Positions 62,401 through 64,000 of a stretch of 64,000 nucleotides of DNA are shown one piece after another. Numbering within the stretch: the stretch's first letter is position 1; every line of letters starts with the position of its first letter. Made by a program: the position numbers and the translations under genes. Source of the stretch: Camelus ferus. Taxonomy: Eukaryota. The notes under the pieces were generated by a model. It ran no database searches. It was not told the origin of the DNA and worked only from the letters and a program-made list of their open reading frames with translations. The DNA lies in assembly GCF_009834535.1 (NCBI RefSeq), contig NC_045697.1, positions 54,562,001-54,626,000 on the forward strand. The letters run 5' to 3'.

Positions 62401-62929
62401 GTTGTTGGCAGAATTCAGTTTCATGTGGCTGTAGGACTGAGGTTCCTATTTGTTCACTGGCTGTTGGCCAGGGTGTCCTTCTCAGCTTCTAGAAATAGCC
62501 TACACTCCTTGGCTCATGCCTCTCTTATCTATAGCACTAGCAACAGTGAAAGTCCTTCTCATGCTTCATATTTCTCTGACTTCTCCTCTGCTTCATCTCT
62601 CCTCTACTTCCAGCAGGAGAAATTTCTTACTTTCAAGTAAGGCTCATGTGATTAGATAATCCAGGATAATTGCACCATCTCAAGGTCTCCTTTGCCATGT
62701 AACATAACAGATCCTAGAGATGAGAGCGTGGCCATCTTTGGAGGTCTGTTAGTCTGCCTACCACATTTACTTTAAGTTTCTTTGGAGTGTACTTGTGGTG
62801 TTACAATTTGAAATGAGACTTAATTTTTAATTTTACAGGTTTTTTATGTTAATTTTGGTGACCTTTTATGTACCTTACATGAAACACCTTATATAATAAC
62901 AACTGGGGATTCATTCTATGTTCCTTCAG
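2227..62929 (+). CDS. CENPC: Centromere protein C, spliced CDS of 18 coding exons, 3'-partial (last exon outside window)
   Basis: join(2227..2244,7187..7233,8379..8449,9121..9215,14899..14998,21757..22042,22856..23071,26066..26676,35237..35428,41646..41937,47264..47407,48566..48648,49775..49834,53573..53677,54462..54590,55196..55291,56927..57081,62839..62929). All introns GT-AG, phases consistent, 2791 nt open. Translation is collinear with human CENP-C as recalled, from [19 protein letters not shown] to ...TGDSFYVPS. Confidence 0.97.
2850..3312 (+). mobile_element. Probable ERV solo LTR fragment in intron 1
   Basis: LTR-like 3' end (agtaaaacttaacttgcag...tttttcagttaacc); family and left boundary uncertain. 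Confidence 0.4.
3390..3810 (-). mobile_element. LINE-1 ORF2 3' fragment
   Basis: Characteristic antisense L1 text (ggatcatatggtaagagtatgttt...tgcttatttgccatctgtacatctt). Confidence 0.75.
4380..4602. mobile_element. MER20 (hAT-Charlie DNA transposon MITE)
   Basis: Matches recalled MER20 consensus; reverse-complement homolog of 60673-60888 in this window. Confidence 0.8.
7187..7233 (+). CDS. CENPC: CENPC exon 2 ([15 protein letters not shown]), MIS12-complex-binding segment
   Basis: Acceptor ttttctttcag|GAT; donor AG|gtgatt; 47 nt. Confidence 0.95.
7575..7915 (+). mobile_element. Old L1 (L1MC/MD-like) 3' end
   Basis: ggatctttgtggtgatggaactg...tgtgataaactacacagaactaaatacacac...gaatctacaatt. 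Confidence 0.65.
8379..8449 (+). CDS. CENPC: CENPC exon 3 ([23 protein letters not shown])
   Basis: Acceptor ttttttag|G; donor A|gtaagg; 71 nt. Confidence 0.95.
9121..9215 (+). CDS. CENPC: CENPC exon 4 ([32 protein letters not shown])
   Basis: Acceptor tttttttag|GT; donor GAG|gtaagt; 95 nt. Confidence 0.95.
9737..10239. mobile_element. Tigger1-derived MITE (TcMar-Tigger), about 500 bp
   Basis: Degenerate CAGGCATACCT terminal inverted repeats (tagacaaacctt ... aggtatgcctc) flanked by TA at 9735-9736 and 10240-10241. Confidence 0.8.
11365..11830 (-). mobile_element. Old L1 3' UTR fragment
   Basis: tttgagataattgtagatttaca...ggtgattcatccagg...accacagtttg. Confidence 0.65.
13860..14450. mobile_element. 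ERVL LTR, MER21-like
   Basis: Homologous to 37820-38285 (ttttattgggg, tccctgaaggaaagcaggtgttt, ataaatcacattgttt, gccagccaa); family from memory. Confidence 0.55.
14899..14998 (+). CDS. CENPC: CENPC exon 5 ([33 protein letters not shown]); alternative start at 14893
   Basis: Acceptor tttttag-actcag|TGC (two in-frame AGs 6 nt apart); donor CAG|gtttgt. Confidence 0.9.
15352..15605. mobile_element. MLT1 (MaLR) LTR fragment
   Basis: cacagtttctgtgggtcaggaattt...gtcaagatgttggccagggttgcagtcatc. Confidence 0.7.
16760..17815 (+). mobile_element. L1 ORF2 3' fragment interrupted by an LTR-like insert (~16945-17345)
   Basis: L1 text (cagaatgggggaaaatatttgca...gacttgaatagacatttctccaa) resumes after ~400 bp of unrelated LTR-like sequence (caaatcaaaacc...tggaatattattcagccat). 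Confidence 0.7.
19320..20245 (-). mobile_element. L1 3' fragment with nested short insertion (19652-19790) and CCTT microsatellite (~20105-20172)
   Basis: Antisense L1 3' UTR/ORF2 end (tggcttatttcacttagcataatgtcctca...tttttgaggaaccacca). Confidence 0.8.
21757..22042 (+). CDS. CENPC: CENPC exon 6 ([18 protein letters not shown]...[13 protein letters not shown]...KTKKR)
   Basis: Acceptor ttcttctag|TT; donor AG|gtgaat; 286 nt; overlaps track ORF 21786..22046. Confidence 0.95.
22150..22246 (-). mobile_element. tRNA-derived SINE (Vic-1-like)
   Basis: Minus strand reads GGGGAGGGTACAGCTCAGTGGTAGAG (A box)...GGGTTCAATACCC (B box) with A-rich tail. Confidence 0.85.
22335..22428 (-). mobile_element. 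tRNA-derived SINE, degenerate and internally deleted copy
   Basis: tgggaattgaacccaggaccttgtgca...ccattgagctat with T-rich tail. Confidence 0.7.
22504..22566. repeat. Perfect 20-bp tandem repeat x3 (ATGATTCAAATTCATATTAA) within a MER5-like fragment
   Basis: Units at 22504, 22524 and 22544, plus partial ATG. Confidence 0.95.
22856..23071 (+). CDS. CENPC: CENPC exon 7 ([11 protein letters not shown]...[19 protein letters not shown])
   Basis: Acceptor ccttttag|G; donor AG|gtgagt; 216 nt; overlaps track ORF 22881..23075. Confidence 0.95.
24038..24112. repeat. Compound (TG)/(TA)/(CA) microsatellite
   Basis: Directly visible; partly self-complementary. Confidence 0.9.
24466..24830. mobile_element. 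MLT1A/B-like MaLR LTR
   Basis: tgtcttggtccatttgggctgctataaca...ggaggctgggaagtccaagatcaagg...aataccatcactttggggattagg. Confidence 0.8.
26066..26676 (+). CDS. CENPC: CENPC exon 8 ([12 protein letters not shown]...[26 protein letters not shown]...KQLLPV)
   Basis: Acceptor tttgttttag|T; donor G|gtaagt; 611 nt; DEFIIDE and WITIP motifs; overlaps track ORF 26394..26693. Confidence 0.95.
28530..29015. mobile_element. MLT1C/D-like MaLR LTR
   Basis: tgtattaattttc...aaacaacacacatttattatc...ataatccaggataatctccc...catctttgggggcc. Confidence 0.75.
31497..34347 (-). mobile_element. LINE-1 5' portion: 5' UTR, degraded ORF1, start of ORF2 (endonuclease); 3'-truncated
   Basis: Minus-strand 5' end GGGGGAATGGCCAAGATGGCAGAG (YY1-type L1 start); GC-rich UTR ~33000-34347; track ORF 31479..31682 ([30 protein letters not shown]) is L1 endonuclease-like. 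Confidence 0.85.
35237..35428 (+). CDS. CENPC: CENPC exon 9, central CENP-A nucleosome-binding domain ([19 protein letters not shown])
   Basis: Acceptor ttgttttag|GA; donor A|gtaagt; 192 nt; diagnostic R..R...WW motif. Confidence 0.97.
35600..36900. mobile_element. L2 LINE fragments
   Basis: Purine-rich L2-like text (ccctgctctcat...ggattttaagca...agcctgactggaatgggttcaagag); boundaries approximate. Confidence 0.65.
37820..38285. mobile_element. ERVL LTR, MER21-like
   Basis: Homologous to 13860-14450; gcttccaagagccctctcccag...gcaggcctttc...aggcctgctgtg. Confidence 0.6.
38487..38737 (-). mobile_element. Young 5'-truncated L1-type insertion with perfect 16-bp TSD
   Basis: CAGCTCTTGGATTTTA at 38471-38486 and 38738-38753; T-rich tail, then L1 3' UTR-like text. 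Confidence 0.85.
39495..40130 (+). mobile_element. L1 3' end (ORF2 C-terminus + 3' UTR)
   Basis: aaaatagagttaccatatgatccagcagtcccactcctggg...tatagcacagggaacta...caataaaaa. Confidence 0.85.
40560..40755. mobile_element. MER5A-like hAT MITE
   Basis: catcagaattatctgggg...ttctgatttagtaagtctgaggtaaggcctgaga...caggtgttgctgat. Confidence 0.65.
41646..41937 (+). CDS. CENPC: CENPC exon 10 ([19 protein letters not shown]...[13 protein letters not shown])
   Basis: Acceptor cctttag|AT; donor GG|gtaatg; 292 nt; overlaps track ORF 41681..41941. Confidence 0.93.
42956..43125 (+). mobile_element. tRNA-derived SINE (Vic-1-like), long-tail variant
   Basis: A box TAGCTCAGTGG, B box GATTCAATCC; degenerate TSD AAAGAAATACTAAGG (42941-42955) / AAGAAAAATATTAAGG (43121-43136). 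Confidence 0.85.
43890..46620 (-). mobile_element. Long degraded L1 (3' half of ORF2 + 3' UTR) with nested SINE at 45496-45591
   Basis: Minus-strand track ORFs 44819..45025 ([20 protein letters not shown]...DMTPKVQAT) and 45077..45292 ([14 protein letters not shown]) match L1 ORF2p. Confidence 0.9.
45496..45591 (-). mobile_element. tRNA-derived SINE (Vic-1-like) nested in L1
   Basis: atggaggtactgggaattgaacccaggacc...gcatgtgctct with T-rich tail. Confidence 0.8.
47264..47407 (+). CDS. CENPC: CENPC exon 11 ([19 protein letters not shown]...[16 protein letters not shown])
   Basis: Acceptor ttttcatag|A; donor AG|gtatgc; 144 nt. Confidence 0.92.
47445..47960. mobile_element. MLT1-like LTR starting about 40 bp after the exon 11 donor
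   Basis: tgtatttgttacctattgccatgtaacaaattacccc...ttagctggctagttcaggctcaggagtctcatgagg. Confidence 0.7.
48566..48648 (+). CDS. CENPC: CENPC exon 12 ([28 protein letters not shown])
   Basis: Acceptor ttttttcttaag|T (AAG type); donor CAG|gtaagt; 83 nt. Confidence 0.9.
48840..49350. mobile_element. MLT1-like LTR
   Basis: tctctcatgca...ggtttcctcacagcaatg...ttccaagagacccaggtggaa...tcactaaggccagc. Confidence 0.6.
49775..49834 (+). CDS. CENPC: CENPC exon 13 ([20 protein letters not shown])
   Basis: Acceptor tttgcag|AT; donor TAG|gtaaat; 60 nt. Confidence 0.9.
50061..50102. repeat. Perfect 18-bp tandem duplication (CCTAGGGAGCTGATCTCA x2 + CCTAGG)
   Basis: Units at 50061 and 50079; partial unit 50097-50102. 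Confidence 0.95.
51466..52020. mobile_element. MLT1-like LTR
   Basis: tgtatttgttttc...cacatttattat...gttgttagcagaattcagttccttg; homologous to 62197-62765. Confidence 0.75.
52843..52928 (-). mobile_element. tRNA-derived SINE (Vic-1-like)
   Basis: ...gctaagcatgtgctctaccactgagctgtaccctcccc; degenerate TSD TAGACTGGGAGA / TAGATTGGGAAA. Confidence 0.85.
53573..53677 (+). CDS. CENPC: CENPC exon 14, CENP-C motif ([35 protein letters not shown])
   Basis: Acceptor tttttacag|TA; donor CAG|gtaaac; 105 nt; signature CENP-C/Mif2 motif. Confidence 0.97.
54462..54590 (+). CDS. CENPC: CENPC exon 15 ([42 protein letters not shown])
   Basis: Acceptor tttcag|GA; donor AA|gtatga; 129 nt. Confidence 0.92.
55196..55291 (+). 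CDS. CENPC: CENPC exon 16 ([31 protein letters not shown])
   Basis: Acceptor tttttgcag|AG; donor G|gtaaga; 96 nt. Confidence 0.95.
56570..56815 (-). mobile_element. MIR SINE
   Basis: cattttatagaaaaggaaatggaggcactgagagg...aaggtcacatagcttgtaag core. Confidence 0.7.
56927..57081 (+). CDS. CENPC: CENPC exon 17, cupin domain ([52 protein letters not shown])
   Basis: Acceptor ttcccttag|AT; donor TTG|gtgagt; 155 nt. Confidence 0.96.
58133..58269 (+). mobile_element. tRNA-derived SINE (Vic-1-like), long-tail variant with perfect 18-bp TSD
   Basis: ATTAAGGAACAATTAATA at 58115-58132 and 58270-58287. Confidence 0.9.
58557..58652 (+). mobile_element. tRNA-derived SINE (Vic-1-like) with perfect 15-bp TSD
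   Basis: AAGTTAGGGAAGCTG at 58542-58556 and 58653-58667. Confidence 0.9.
60673..60888. mobile_element. MER20 DNA transposon MITE
   Basis: cagggttctcaacc...ctgtcctgtgcattc...caaaatcgccccc...tgagaacca. Confidence 0.8.
61470..61715 (+). mobile_element. MIR SINE
   Basis: ggctaagaacatggattctggaatcaaatgcctgagttcaaatcctagctctt...gtgcttagaacagtggctggca. Confidence 0.75.
62197..62765. mobile_element. MLT1-like LTR ending about 70 bp before exon 18
   Basis: tgtaacaaattaccacaaactta...gttgttggcagaattcagtttc...gataatccaggataat...tctgcctaccaca. Confidence 0.8.
62839..62929 (+). CDS. CENPC: CENPC exon 18, cupin domain ([30 protein letters not shown])
   Basis: Acceptor ttttacag|GTT; donor CAG|gtaaga; 91 nt. 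Confidence 0.96.
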
Positions 62930-63749
62930 GTAAGAATAATTGAAAACATTTTCTTTTGCATAGTTAAATATTTATATAGTAGCTCATGAGCATCATGAAA
63001 ATGGAAGCCACAGTGGTCAAAAAGAAGCATGATATGACTTTTGCCAAAGAAGTTTGGTGCGTGTTTTCTTTTAATTTTAGCAATAGATAAGTATATCAGG
63101 GTTTTGATACATGAAAATTGACTGAGTATACTAATTGCTATGTATAAAAATATTTAGTTAGGAGGTACGTTGTTTTCAGGGTAGAAGGAAAATTATTTCC
63201 CCTGTGTTCTCTCAAAGACATTAAGTGGTCAGACAATTTTTAGTAGGTAATTTTAAACATACGGAATAGTGTGCTTCATCAGCTATTGACGAGCATAAGT
63301 CTTTGGAAATAGCAATTTTAATTTGTTCAATTGTTCACTCATTCATTCAACAAATGTGATTGAGTGTCTTCAAGCATTGTTTAAGGGTGTGGGATACCTA
63401 AGTGAACAAACAGGCAAAACTCCCTACCCTCATGGAGCTTACATTCTTAAAGGAGACAATAATAATACCTATGTTTATATAGTCCTTTGTATGTGCCAAC
63501 ACTGTTGTGAACACTTTACATTTATTAACTCAGTTAATTCTAATATGTATTAATTTCTAATATATAGAAAATCAGTACTGTAAACTTGCCTTTAAGTGAG
63601 GCTGTCCATCTGTATTTCACTTTTGCTGTTATTTATTACTCAATTTATTTAAGAGTAGCATTTGCCTCTGTTTAACTTTCAGGTTTTATTTTACTTAACA
63701 TTTTATCTTTTATACTTATCTATATATTATCTGTGTCTGGTGTAGGGGA

Positions 63750-64000
63750 ATCCATAGCCATTCCAAAGACATAATAACAGGTTCAGAAAGTCAGACAGAG
63801 AAAGTCAGATACTGTATGTTTTCACTTATATGTGGAATCTGAAAAATGAAATAAACAAGTGAAAATAACAAAACAGAAACAGACTCACAGATACGAAGAG
63901 CAAACTAGTGGTTACCAGTGGAGAGAGGGGAAGGGAGAAGGGGCAAGACAGAGATAGAGGATTAAGAGGTACAGACTACTAGGTATAAAATAAATAAGAT
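63750..64000 (+). mobile_element. L1 3' UTR fragment (runs off the window end)
   Basis: cacttatatgtggaatctgaaaaa...aacagaaacagactcacagata...gtggttaccag. Confidence 0.8.

Noticed and set aside
2227..62929. CENPC pseudogene
   Set aside because: Introns are present with canonical splice sites, the frame is intact across 18 exons, and there is a CpG-island promoter.
1..64000. A novel multi-gene or prokaryote-type system (operon, CRISPR array, defence island)
   Set aside because: The window is explained by one spliced mammalian gene plus interspersed repeats. I saw no repeat-spacer array and no long unexplained ORF.
62930..64000. Final CENPC coding exon and 3' UTR
   Set aside because: No acceptor followed by an NYYNIKNL-like frame was found; the window ends in L1 sequence, so the exon is presumably downstream.

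Overview
Mammalian genomic DNA, probably camelid (inferred from seven copies of a tRNA-derived SINE resembling the camelid Vic-1 family). The window is almost entirely one + strand gene, CENPC (centromere protein C). It has a CpG-island promoter (~1.8-2.4 kb), ATG at 2227, and 18 coding exons ending at 62929. Spliced by hand, all introns are GT-AG, all phases are compatible, and the frame is open for 2791 nt (930 codons + 1 nt). The last coding exon (expected to start NYYNIK...) was not found and should lie beyond the window. Recognisable motifs are the N-terminal MIS12-binding segment, the CENP-HIKM/LN-binding motifs ([19 protein letters not shown]), the central CENP-A-binding domain ([13 protein letters not shown]), the CENP-C motif ([20 protein letters not shown]) and the cupin dimerisation domain. 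Introns are filled with L1, L2, MIR, MLT1/ERVL LTRs, MER20, MER5, a Tigger1 MITE and SINEs. Repeat family names and human comparisons are from memory, not from a search. I found no convincing new multi-gene system. The best leads are a strong cryptic donor inside the cupin exon, several in-frame tandem acceptors, a probable L1 3' transduction, an unexplained polyadenylated chimeric insertion, and a 5'-intact but 3'-truncated L1.
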